The notes: generated by a model not told the origin, from the letters alone. A stretch of DNA of 20,000 nucleotides from an uncultured virus (IMG/VR IMGVR_UViG_3300009079_000019) (IMGVR_UViG_3300009079_000019:51484-71483); one strand, 5' to 3'; positions 1 to 7,168 are shown, counted from the stretch's first letter. Numbers and translations are program-made.

Positions 1-980
1 AGATACAGCATCCATAATCTATTTGGATATCCTCCTATTTCGTAAATAGATGGAAAAACAGAAGATGTGGACAAGGAAAAGTTAAGACTGGCTTGAGCAA
101 ACAAAGTGCCCTCGCTTTGGTTATACCAACTTGAAAAGTTAGTCCCCGTAATGCTCGCCACATCAGCAGCGCGGGTGACGGTGGCGGAAGTGGTGGGGAT
201 GTAGGAGGTGGGGAAGGAGCCCGCTTCTAGTTGAAACCCCCAAGCAAAAAATCCGTCCCCGCTTGCTCCTGTCCCAAAAACCAATAAAGCAGGTTCTTCA
301 TCATCGGTGGAGGCGGATGTCCCTGTGACCGAACATCTATACCAGCCATTGCCAGCGGAGGAAATTTGAGCAGACGTTCCGCTAGACAATACATAACTTC
401 CGCTTCCAGTCAGTGTAAATGCTGCTGAAAACCCTAACCCACCTCCGTCCCGAACATCACCGTAAAGTTGAACCGTTGTAATTTCTGCTGCTTTCAAAAA
501 GCAGCTAAGAGTGTAAGCGGTCCCATTGGTAACTGGAATGGATTGCCTATTGTATTTACCCCAGAAAGCGCCACTAGTGCCTGTATTCCTTGTCAATTTT
601 GATGCCGTTAAAGTCCCATCTGGCGCAACAGTTGCATTTTCCGTAAATCCACCGCCATCATATCCAATGGAATAGTTGGTGTTGTTAAAAGCTTGGCTGT
701 AAGTAATCAAATTCGTCCTCGCCTCCTCCACCAACATCCCAAGACTTTCCCCCGTCGTTGGGTTGTGATCGAAGCGCGGGACGTTATTGCCAGCGGTCTT
801 GATCAGGCCATCGGCACCGACGTAGGTGGCAACTGAGGCGCCGGTCATGACGCGGGTGAACGTGATAAGATTATTTCCACTAATTCTATCAACCAAACTT
901 TTTTTATCAGCAAAAGTTAGGTCTAATGAAGGAACTCCGTATGCTTTATATAAGTTTTTTGCTCCAAGTTCAATTCCCAT
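1..980 (-). CDS. Phage virion fibre/head-spike-like beta-rich protein (3' end runs off the window)
   Basis: Manual translation from ATG at 980, open to the edge: MGIELGAKNLYKAYGVPSLDLTFADKKSLVDRISGNNLITFTR...ATYVGADGLIKTA..NVPRFDHNPTTGESLGMLVEEARTNLITYS...GNGWYRCSVT...WGFQLEAGSFPTSYIPTTSATVTRAADVASITGTNFSSWYNQSEGT. These motifs are typical of phage spike/fibre proteins. Preceded by a late promoter. Absent from the ORF track because its stop is outside the window. Confidence 0.8.
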   Translation of the reverse strand, partial: MGIELGAKNLYKAYGVPSLDLTFADKKSLVDRISGNNLITFTRVMTGASVATYVGADGLIKTAGNNVPRFDHNPTTGESLGMLVEEARTNLITYSQAFNNTNYSIGYDGGGFTENATVAPDGTLTASKLTRNTGTSGAFWGKYNRQSIPVTNGTAYTLSCFLKAAEITTVQLYGDVRDGGGLGFSAAFTLTGSGSYVLSSGTSAQISSAGNGWYRCSVTGTSASTDDEEPALLVFGTGASGDGFFAWGFQLEAGSFPTSYIPTTSATVTRAADVASITGTNFSSWYNQSEGTLFAQASLNFSLSTSSVFPSIYEIGGYPNRLWMLY

Positions 981-1003
981 TCTCTCTCAATATCTCTTTG
1001 TCT

Positions 1004-1011
1004 TATTTATG
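1004..1011 (-). promoter_or_regulatory. T4-type late promoter (CATAAATA)
   Basis: ATAAATA core 23 nt upstream of the ATG of the structural gene, in the intergenic gap. Confidence 0.65.
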
Positions 1012-1022
1012 AGTACTCGGTA

Positions 1023-1367
1023 CTACTCATCCCAAGGTGCTTTACGATTCATAAGTTCTTTCAACCTCTCCATTATAGCAGCATTTGGAGGTTCATTCAA
1101 CATTTCTACAATAGCATCATAATCTTCTCGGTGTAGTACAATCTGCTCTGCTTTGGCACCTTTACCCCAGAACTTCTCAAACTCCCAATCATACTCCATA
1201 TCACACCATCCAGAGTTGATAGAATACCAGAAGTCCCAGTATCTTTGATGGTCGTCCATTCTCCAATTAGAATGGTTAGTAAGACGAAACCAATACCAAA
1301 AACTGGTGTGCCGAAGATACTTGTTGCCGATTATAAGTTTGTTTAGAAATATGGGAAAGTCCATCAT
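1023..1367 (-). CDS. Hypothetical protein: Trp-rich N-terminal module plus DUF1778-like C-terminal tail
   Basis: Track ORF 1023..1403, start moved to 1367/1364 (AGGAGA upstream; the longer start overlaps the promoter). Contains DFWYSINSGW and the tail IVLHREDYDAIVEMLNEPPN..RLKELMNRKAPW. Confidence 0.7.
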   Translation of the reverse strand: MMDFPIFLNKLIIGNKYLRHTSFWYWFRLTNHSNWRMDDHQRYWDFWYSINSGWCDMEYDWEFEKFWGKGAKAEQIVLHREDYDAIVEMLNEPPNAAIMERLKELMNRKAPWDE

Positions 1368-1385
1368 TCTCCTTGTAATACAGAT

Positions 1386-1441
1386 ATTATACCAAAATCT
1401 CAATAAAAATCAAGTCTCCTTGTGCCAGTTCGTCAGGTGTC
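1386..1441 (-). promoter_or_regulatory. Early promoter cassette copy 1
   Basis: Minus strand GACACCTGACGAACTGGCACA (1421-1441), TTGATT (1408-1413), TATAAT (1386-1391). Confidence 0.75.
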
Positions 1442-2179
1442 ACATAGTTTTTTTCCACGACCACGAACCCAATTTTCTCCGGGACATTCTTCAGTAAATT
1501 TAGTATTTCCTTTGCCATCGTTCCACCATTTTTTATCTTTATTTGCCTCACCTATTTTTCTTTTAGTTTCTTCTGAAGGTGATTTGCCGTAAAGATAGTG
1601 TTTTTCTCCACTATATTTACCTTTAAGTGCTTCACTCTGTTTTCTTCTGCTTTCTTCTGAACGTGATTTACCGTACATAGCATTATTTTCACCTTTCTGT
1701 GCCTCACTCATTCTTTTTCTGGTTTCTTCAGAAGGAGATTTTTCATAATTATGATTTTTTTCACCTTTCTGCCTCTCACTTAATTTTTTTCTGGTTTCTT
1801 CAGAAGGAGATTTCCCATAATTATGAGAATTCTTACCTCGTTTACCGTATTGGGGATTATTTTTACCTTTCTTTGCTTCACCAATCTTTCTTCTGGTTTC
1901 TTCACTTTTAATAGTGCCAGAAGCACCTTCACCACCATTAGTTCTATTATGAAGAATACCAGTTCCTAAATCCTTTCTTCCGAAGATAGCAATCATATAA
2001 ATTTCGTGCCTGAATGCTTCTTGTTCTGATAGGTTTTGTTTTAGGAATATTATTCTTGATTTATCTTTTGGTGGTTTTAGTCCTTTTCTATTGGTGGAAT
2101 AAATTCTTCCTCCAGTTCCTTTACCAACATAATAAGGTGTCTTATCTTCACGCAAATATGCGTAAGTGTAGTAATACAT
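1433..2179 (-). CDS. GIY-YIG-family (Seg-like) homing endonuclease with NUMOD3 repeats
   Basis: [18 protein letters not shown]...E..AF.HE..MI..FGR......L.N.TNGGEG catalytic-type domain, five SEE(T/S)(R/K)(R/K)K..E NUMOD3-like repeats, C-terminal KKWWNDG...CPG.NW..GR. Confidence 0.85.
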   Translation of the reverse strand: MYYYTYAYLREDKTPYYVGKGTGGRIYSTNRKGLKPPKDKSRIIFLKQNLSEQEAFRHEIYMIAIFGRKDLGTGILHNRTNGGEGASGTIKSEETRRKIGEAKKGKNNPQYGKRGKNSHNYGKSPSEETRKKLSERQKGEKNHNYEKSPSEETRKRMSEAQKGENNAMYGKSRSEESRRKQSEALKGKYSGEKHYLYGKSPSEETKRKIGEANKDKKWWNDGKGNTKFTEECPGENWVRGRGKKLCDT

Positions 2180-2180
2180 C

Positions 2181-2284
2181 TGCTTCTAAATTGAGTTCGC
2201 AATACTATTTATACAAGAAAAGGTGCCAAAATGCACCTTTTCCACTCTTATGGATGCGAACTCATTAGAGCATTATTATTTATT
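2181..2284 (-). promoter_or_regulatory. Endonuclease leader: two late promoters, long imperfect inverted repeat and internal hairpin
   Basis: AATAAATA 2277-2284 and TATAAATA 2206-2213; arms 2255-2272 and 2181-2201 are complementary; hairpin 2217-2242. Confidence 0.7.
2214..2242 (-). terminator. Rho-independent terminator-like hairpin
   Basis: Minus strand GAAAAGGTGC-attttg-GCACCTTTTC-TT, a perfect 10-bp stem ending in a U-rich tract. Confidence 0.6.
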
Positions 2285-2511
2285 CACCATCTTCCTAATC
2301 GTAGTTTGCGTTCTTCTGATATGTATGGATTGTAAGGGTCATCATAAGGATAGACATATTCACAACACCAACCCCAACTGAGAGACTCCCAGAAGTCATC
2401 ATAACCATAAGGTTCTGGAGTATTATAACAAGATATGATGTATGAGATGTTGCGGAAACCCTCAATAAACCACTCACATTTAGTCATTTTCCAGTATTCT
2501 TTCCAAGTCAT
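2284..2511 (-). CDS. Hypothetical Trp/Tyr-rich protein
   Basis: MTWKEYWK...DDFWESLSWGW; the ATG overlaps the upstream stop (ATGA). Confidence 0.7.
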   Translation of the reverse strand: MTWKEYWKMTKCEWFIEGFRNISYIISCYNTPEPYGYDDFWESLSWGWCCEYVYPYDDPYNPYISEERKLRLGRW

Positions 2512-2663
2512 TCCCATTCCTCACTATCATAATACATTTGATACCAACCATAGTTTAGTTCCTCAAAAAATGCCAGTCTGTCTATGTTGTCATTATACTC
2601 GTAAAATCTGAAATAGAATACATTACGCCAGTGCCAATAAGCATCTTCAATCCAAGTCTTCAT
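2508..2663 (-). CDS. Hypothetical Trp/Tyr-rich protein (51 aa, not in track)
   Basis: MKTWIEDAYWHWRNVFYFRFYEYNDNIDRLAFFEELNYGWYQMYYDSEEWE; ATGA overlaps at both ends. Confidence 0.7.
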   Translation of the reverse strand: MKTWIEDAYWHWRNVFYFRFYEYNDNIDRLAFFEELNYGWYQMYYDSEEWE

Positions 2664-2857
2664 TTTCCTTCCAGTTCGTTTGCGATGGCAAGGAGTTCAT
2701 CTGCGTCACACTCCCGGTATCGTTGTGTGTGAGCAACAGCAGCACGGAGGGCAGCGGCGGCAGCAGCATTTGGTAGGTATCCGGCCGACCAATCCAGGCT
2801 TGATTTAGCGGCATTTGACACTGCCTGTGCGGCAGGAGAGAGTTGTTTGTAAGTCAT
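2660..2857 (-). CDS. Hypothetical Ala-rich protein, GC-rich
   Basis: MTYKQLSPAAQAV...AAALRAA...ELLAIANELEGK; start moved to the ATGA overlap at 2857. Confidence 0.7.
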   Translation of the reverse strand: MTYKQLSPAAQAVSNAAKSSLDWSAGYLPNAAAAAALRAAVAHTQRYRECDADELLAIANELEGK

Positions 2858-3039
2858 TTTCCTTCCAGTTCCTGTTTGATTTGTTTGAGGTTCATTCCTG
2901 CCCAAATATCAAGGGCAATATCTGCTTTTTGAATTGCGGTCCAGAGTTTAGGATAGTCTCTCCAATCCACAACATCATCATCAATTGCTATAAGCAAATC
3001 AAGAATACAGATTTTGTAGAGTTTTTCTGTTTCAGTCAT
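2854..3039 (-). CDS. Hypothetical protein
   Basis: Track ORF; ATGACTGA start; coupled at both ends. Confidence 0.7.
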   Translation of the reverse strand: MTETEKLYKICILDLLIAIDDDVVDWRDYPKLWTAIQKADIALDIWAGMNLKQIKQELEGK

Positions 3040-3260
3040 TTTCCTTCAATTTCATCTAAAACACCAGCAGCATAAGAACCAAAGTCAATCTCACCTAACT
3101 CTGTATCACCACAATACTCGGGCACATTCTCCATCATAAATTCATCAAGATAAAGAAACACACGAATTGCTCTGCGTTTATCGTGCTCGGTGATTATGGT
3201 ATGAGGTTCCGCAATAGTTTTCGCAACCATATCAAAGAATTGTTTCATAGTAATGTTCAT
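3036..3260 (-). CDS. Hypothetical protein
   Basis: Track ORF; first gene after the promoter cassette at 3289-3345. Confidence 0.7.
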   Translation of the reverse strand: MNITMKQFFDMVAKTIAEPHTIITEHDKRRAIRVFLYLDEFMMENVPEYCGDTELGEIDFGSYAAGVLDEIEGK

Positions 3261-3288
3261 TTGCTGTTTGCGAATTGCGTATGAGACT

Positions 3289-3345
3289 ATTATAGGGCAT
3301 CAAGGGGCATCAGTGGGATGCTCTTGTGCCAGTTCGTCAGGTGTC
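3289..3345 (-). promoter_or_regulatory. Early promoter cassette copy 2
   Basis: GACACCTGACGAACTGGCACA (3325-3345)-N30-TATAAT (3289-3294). Confidence 0.75.
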
Positions 3346-3515
3346 TCATCACTCAAAGAAACCCTGAGATTATCACCCCCAATATGAAGGTGAAATATCC
3401 TTCCATCATTCAAGTATATTCCACACCAATATACATCAGTATCCATATTTTCCCAGTGAACCATCTTCACATCTTCCAACACAAACTCATCAGGATTGGT
3501 AAGTCTTTCAGTCAT
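3300..3515 (-). CDS. Hypothetical protein (C-terminus read through the promoter cassette)
   Basis: MTERLTNPDEFVLEDVKMVHWENMD...; start moved to ATGACTGA at 3515. Confidence 0.7.
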   Translation of the reverse strand: MTERLTNPDEFVLEDVKMVHWENMDTDVYWCGIYLNDGRIFHLHIGGDNLRVSLSDETPDELAQEHPTDAP

Positions 3516-3721
3516 TTTGCTTCCCAGAGTTTTCCTTCCATACCACATTCGCGAAACCTTCTTGTAGCATCACAATAACGACCATCAGTTTTTCCAGTCA
3601 CAACATTTCCAGTTATAAGTGGATGTAAGCACAAATCAAATGTGTCCCCAGAACCAGTAATATGAGCAGACCAATCTTTTTTATAGTGCTTACAATCCTT
3701 ACATAATTTTATTTCAGTCAT
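3512..3721 (-). CDS. Small Cys-rich, probably Zn-binding, protein
   Basis: MTEIKLCKDCKHY...LCLHP...YCDATR...ECGMEGKLWE. Confidence 0.7.
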   Translation of the reverse strand: MTEIKLCKDCKHYKKDWSAHITGSGDTFDLCLHPLITGNVVTGKTDGRYCDATRRFRECGMEGKLWEAK

Positions 3722-3732
3722 TGGTAATTCTT

Positions 3733-3954
3733 TCATTCTCTTGAGTCATACAAATAAGCAACCAGTTTTACAATATGGCAATGGTCTTTGATAAATCCAA
3801 GTTCATTTAGTGCGTATTCTGCGTCCTCTTCAAGAAGATAGATTTTCTCTGTGGTTTTATGTAAATCCACATAGATTTCACCATCTTTTCGTTTCTGCAT
3901 CACCACATAAAATATGTGCCCCGACTTTGTGGGTATTGGAGTTGTAGTATTCAT
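3733..3954 (-). CDS. Hypothetical protein
   Basis: Track ORF; ATGA overlap with the upstream gene. Confidence 0.65.
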   Translation of the reverse strand: MNTTTPIPTKSGHIFYVVMQKRKDGEIYVDLHKTTEKIYLLEEDAEYALNELGFIKDHCHIVKLVAYLYDSRE

Positions 3955-4217
3955 TGATAAGGATTGGGTAGATTTTTGATGATTTCAGTAAAGAAAGCAA
4001 GACGGTCTTTGGTATAAGCAACATCTACATTATGTGTCTCACAGAGTTTCATAATCTTCATAGTCTTTTCGTTGTAAAAAGAGTATCCGTCAAATTGCCC
4101 GTACTCAACATTATCAAGAAGTGATTCCTTCATCAGCTCAAAGAGTTGAAAAAGTTCTTGTTGAGTGAGTTCTACTTGTCGTTCAGTTTGTTGGTGCCCG
4201 TTGAATGTGATTTTCAT
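3951..4217 (-). CDS. Hypothetical protein
   Basis: Track ORF in the packed array. Confidence 0.7.
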   Translation of the reverse strand: MKITFNGHQQTERQVELTQQELFQLFELMKESLLDNVEYGQFDGYSFYNEKTMKIMKLCETHNVDVAYTKDRLAFFTEIIKNLPNPYQ

Positions 4218-4218
4218 T

Positions 4219-4479
4219 TTAGTTTACAGAATAAAGTTCAAGAATACGACGGGCAACACAAATGGAAAGTTCTTTGTTGCCGATAGACATATCTTCGGTG
4301 ATGTTTTTAGAACCTTCTTCAAGTCCTTTTTCACTTGAACGAATGTAAATTCCACCATTATCAGCATTTAGTTCTACACGATAAACCATTTCCTCTGCTT
4401 CATCGGTGAGTTCATAAACATCGGTCAAATTATGAACAATTTGAGTTCCGGGAACGATATTGTAAGGTTGAAAAGTCAT
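4219..4479 (-). CDS. Hypothetical protein
   Basis: Track ORF; first gene after the cassette at 4503-4559. Confidence 0.7.
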   Translation of the reverse strand: MTFQPYNIVPGTQIVHNLTDVYELTDEAEEMVYRVELNADNGGIYIRSSEKGLEEGSKNITEDMSIGNKELSICVARRILELYSVN

Positions 4480-4502
4480 TGGAGTTCTGTGTGTTCTTAT
4501 GT

Positions 4503-4559
4503 ATTATAAGGCATCTGGTGCCCCTGTGGAGGGGTGTCTGTGCCAGTTCGTCAGGTGTC
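4503..4559 (-). promoter_or_regulatory. Early promoter cassette copy 3
   Basis: GACACCTGACGAACTGGCACA (4539-4559)-N30 including CCCCTCCACAGGGGCACCAGATGCC-TATAAT (4503-4508). Confidence 0.75.
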
Positions 4560-5051
4560 CAACAGTGCCTTAAGAGACTTAAGTGTAGATTTAAGTTTCT
4601 CATTTTCTTCCTCAAGTTCTTTAATCTTGAGGTCTTTATCATCTTGAAGAACTTCTTTCTTCTCAAGAATGGTTCCAGTTACGTTAGCACCCACAAGGTT
4701 AGCACCCTCAAGGTTAGCACCCTCAAGGTTAGCACCCTTAAGGTCAGCACCCTTAAGGTTAGCATACCTAAGGTTAGCATCCTCAAGGTCAGCACCCTCA
4801 AGGTAAGCACCCTGAAGGTTAGCATCCCGAAGGTCGGCACCCACAAGGTTAGCACCCTTAAGGTCAGCACCCTCAAGGTTAGCACCCCGAAGGTTAGCAT
4901 CCTCAAGGTCAGCACCCACAAGGTTAGCACCCTCAAGGTCGGCACCCTCAAGGTTAGCACCCTTAAGGTTAGCATCCCGAAGGTTAGCACCCCAAAGGTC
5001 AGCACCTTTAAGGTTAGCAAAGGGTTTGATTTCGTATCCGTTGATGTTCAT
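4551..5051 (-). CDS. Pentapeptide-repeat protein with C-terminal coiled coil
   Basis: About 23 tandem A(N/D)Lx(G/D) pentapeptides followed by [26 protein letters not shown]. Confidence 0.9.
   Translation of the reverse strand: MNINGYEIKPFANLKGADLWGANLRDANLKGANLEGADLEGANLVGADLEDANLRGANLEGADLKGANLVGADLRDANLQGAYLEGADLEDANLRYANLKGADLKGANLEGANLEGANLVGANVTGTILEKKEVLQDDKDLKIKELEEENEKLKSTLKSLKALLDT
4680..5020. repeat. 15-bp tandem repeat encoding the pentapeptides
   Basis: AGGTTAGCACCCTCA and variants in tandem. Confidence 0.9.
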
Positions 5052-5074
5052 CAGGTTTCTGTGTGTATGAGACT

Positions 5075-5119
5075 ATTATAGGGCATCTGGTGCCCCTGTG
5101 GAGGGGGTCTGTGCTGTCC
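5075..5119 (-). promoter_or_regulatory. Early promoter cassette copy 4 (upstream box internally deleted)
   Basis: Spacer nearly identical to copy 3; TATAAT 5075-5080; plus strand TGTGC-TGTCC instead of TGTGC-CAGTTCGTCAGG-TGTCC. Confidence 0.65.
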
Positions 5120-5470
5120 TCAAACCCAAGTTATTACATTTGCCTTTGGGTGTTCTTTACAAGCACCCAACACCTTTTCCACAAAGGGAACAAAGTCTTT
5201 ATAAGTTCCCCAACCATTAGAAGCATCAAACTGCTTATAATGCTCTGGATGAGATTTGAGTTTTAGAAGTCCTGCCTCAAGATGTGGAATAAGTTTATCA
5301 GCAGTTGGATTTTCATAAAGGTCATCAGGATGCCACAGACACTTATAGATGCCTGCTTCTTCTGCCATCGTATTCAGGTTGTGAGTGATGTTTCCAGAAT
5401 ACAACTCAACCTTATGAGGTTCAGGTGCTCCCGTATCAACTTCAATTTCCAACGAAATATCAAGAGACAT
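5120..5470 (-). CDS. Hypothetical phage protein
   Basis: MSLDISL...NITHNLNTMAEEAGIYKCLWHP...PEHYKQFDASNGWGTY...ACKEHPKA; sole gene between two cassettes. Confidence 0.8.
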   Translation of the reverse strand: MSLDISLEIEVDTGAPEPHKVELYSGNITHNLNTMAEEAGIYKCLWHPDDLYENPTADKLIPHLEAGLLKLKSHPEHYKQFDASNGWGTYKDFVPFVEKVLGACKEHPKANVITWV

Positions 5471-5493
5471 AATGTGTTTGTGCTTATGAGACT

Positions 5494-5549
5494 ATTATAG
5501 GGCATCCACAGGGGGATTGGTGGGGTCTTGTGCCAGTGTCTCAAGTGTC
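5494..5549 (-). promoter_or_regulatory. Early promoter cassette copy 5
   Basis: GACACTTGAGACACTGGCACA (5529-5549)-N29-TATAAT (5494-5499). Confidence 0.75.
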
Positions 5550-5746
5550 ACAGTCTCCCGAAGTTCTTTAATGAGTTCCTGTAAATCTCTTACATCTATG
5601 AGATCTTCACCCTCACCATCAGTATATGAATATTCCAGTATAACAAACTCCAGAGCAGCAGCAATTACTTTCTCTCTGTTTCCTCTTTTAGGTCGCAGAG
5701 TATGAGGCATCGTTGCTTCTATAATTCGGTCTGCTGGTGATAACAT
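5495..5746 (-). CDS. Hypothetical protein (reads through the cassette; stop lies in the -10 box)
   Basis: MLSPADRIIEA...VIAAALEF...TLETLAQDPTNPPVDAL*. Confidence 0.7.
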   Translation of the reverse strand: MLSPADRIIEATMPHTLRPKRGNREKVIAAALEFVILEYSYTDGEGEDLIDVRDLQELIKELRETVTLETLAQDPTNPPVDAL

Positions 5747-6066
5747 TATGCTACACCCTCCGCACTATCTTTGAATTCTTTTACTTTTTCAAGGAATGAA
5801 ATTGATTGTTGATAAAGTGCCTCAATCAAGTCCTCAATATCACTAATTGCGATATGAGTGTATTCTTGATTGAGGTTTTCACAACGGAGAGCATCAATCA
5901 TAGACTGAAATGCGATAATTTGTTGCTGTTCCATCGTTACGGGTGTTCCCCAAGAAAGTCCAGAAGTTTCAAGATTATGGAAATCATTATACCGTTGAAG
6001 AATACGATTACTTCTTTCTCTCCGTGCTGCTTCTTCAATCATTTCATCAAGTGTAGGGTCAGTCAT
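5746..6066 (-). CDS. Hypothetical protein
   Basis: Track ORF; ATGACTGA start. Confidence 0.7.
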   Translation of the reverse strand: MTDPTLDEMIEEAARRERSNRILQRYNDFHNLETSGLSWGTPVTMEQQQIIAFQSMIDALRCENLNQEYTHIAISDIEDLIEALYQQSISFLEKVKEFKDSAEGVA

Positions 6067-6314
6067 AAGTTCTCCAGTTCATCAACAAGTTTAAGAATGT
6101 CTTTTACATTTACGACATTAATTCCGTGGTCTCCATCAATATTGAAGTTATTATATCCAAGTTCTTCTGCTAATGTTCTCAATACGGCAGCATACTCATA
6201 ATAAGTTTTAGTAATCATAGGGTCTCTACCCTCACGAATAAGTTTCCCCAAAGTAGGAGAACCTTCGGCAACATTTCGTGCTGCTGCTATAATTTTTTGT
6301 GCTGTTTCAGTCAT
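6063..6314 (-). CDS. Hypothetical protein
   Basis: Track ORF; ATGACTGA start. Confidence 0.7.
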   Translation of the reverse strand: MTETAQKIIAAARNVAEGSPTLGKLIREGRDPMITKTYYEYAAVLRTLAEELGYNNFNIDGDHGINVVNVKDILKLVDELENL

Positions 6315-6660
6315 TCAGTTTCTCCGCAAGTTCTTCTGGTGTAAATTTGGTTTCTGTAATCATAAGACCCAATACTTCTTTAGATGGATTTTTAACATCA
6401 TAATCACAGAAGTAGTTTTTACTACGACTATCTTGATAATAAGTTCTTCCATCCTTATCTTCAAGATAGTTGATGACTCCAGCATAAAGAGATTTATTCT
6501 TTTGTCCTTCTACATACCTATCTAAAAACTCTGGATGTTTTTGAATAAACTCTGGAGATGTAATATCATCCAAGAAACATCGTTCTTCTTTATGAGGTTC
6601 TTCTTTGGAAACTAACCGAAACCCAAATCGGGTAAGTAGTTTGTTGAATAAGTCAATCAT
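6307..6660 (-). CDS. Hypothetical protein
   Basis: Track ORF; 8-nt overlaps at both ends. Confidence 0.7.
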   Translation of the reverse strand: MIDLFNKLLTRFGFRLVSKEEPHKEERCFLDDITSPEFIQKHPEFLDRYVEGQKNKSLYAGVINYLEDKDGRTYYQDSRSKNYFCDYDVKNPSKEVLGLMITETKFTPEELAEKLND

Positions 6661-6802
6661 TTTGTGCCTCCTGTTTTTCTATAAGTTCTTTCAATTTTTG
6701 TTTAGCATAATCCGTGAGTTCTCTTTTTGATTTTCTCAATTCATCAATTTCACTTTGAGATAGTAGAAACCCGTCTGGAATATTCCCATATTCTTCACTC
6801 AT
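6653..6802 (-). CDS. Hypothetical protein (49 aa, not in track)
   Basis: MSEEYGNIPDGFLLSQSEIDELRKSKRELTDYAKQKLKELIEKQEAQND; fills the gap exactly, and GGAGG near its end can serve the next gene. Confidence 0.65.
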   Translation of the reverse strand: MSEEYGNIPDGFLLSQSEIDELRKSKRELTDYAKQKLKELIEKQEAQND

Positions 6803-6989
6803 CTCTTATATCCTTGAACCATTTAGCAAATTCAATCCATTTTGTATCGTTGAATGCTTCTGAACGATTGGCAGCACTGTAATCTTGGTTCCCATTTTCA
6901 GCACAAAATTTATGAAATGCGTGTTTAATCTCACACATCATAAGGTATCGGTGCATATTAACCATTTCGCATATTTGGGCATCAGTCAT
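6795..6989 (-). CDS. Hypothetical protein
   Basis: Track ORF; start moved to ATGACTGA at 6989. Confidence 0.65.
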   Translation of the reverse strand: MTDAQICEMVNMHRYLMMCEIKHAFHKFCAENGNQDYSAANRSEAFNDTKWIEFAKWFKDIRDE

Positions 6990-7168
6990 CGTTCCCACGC
7001 ATAAGATTTCAGGAGTTCGTTGTCTCTTTCAAGTGTCTCAATTTTATCATACAAATCGTCAATAATTTCAATCAAAGCAGGATAAGAAATATTTTCTATG
7101 TCCTCCCCGTATTCTGGGTCATTATAGACATAATATTGAAGTTGTTTCGTAAGGTTGCGTTCAGTCAT
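6986..7168 (-). CDS. Hypothetical protein (coiled-coil C-terminus)
   Basis: Track ORF; ATGACTGA start. Confidence 0.7.
   Translation of the reverse strand: MTERNLTKQLQYYVYNDPEYGEDIENISYPALIEIIDDLYDKIETLERDNELLKSYAWER

Noticed and set aside
1010..1029. Short palindrome TGAGTACTCGGTACTACTCA
   Set aside because: Weak stem with no U tract; not supportable as a terminator.
1433..2284. Endonucleases as group I intron-encoded
   Set aside because: Flanking genes look complete, there is no room for an intron core, and each endonuclease has its own late promoter, so they appear free-standing.
2295..2477. Minus-strand ORF 2295..2477
   Set aside because: Fully nested out of frame in 2284..2511, which has coupling and paralog support.
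4430..5081. ORFs 4479..5081 (+), 4679..5020 (-) and 4430..4666 (-)
   Set aside because: Alternative-frame or antisense shadows of the pentapeptide gene and its 15-bp repeat; only 4551..5051 gives the canonical A(N/D)LxG pattern.
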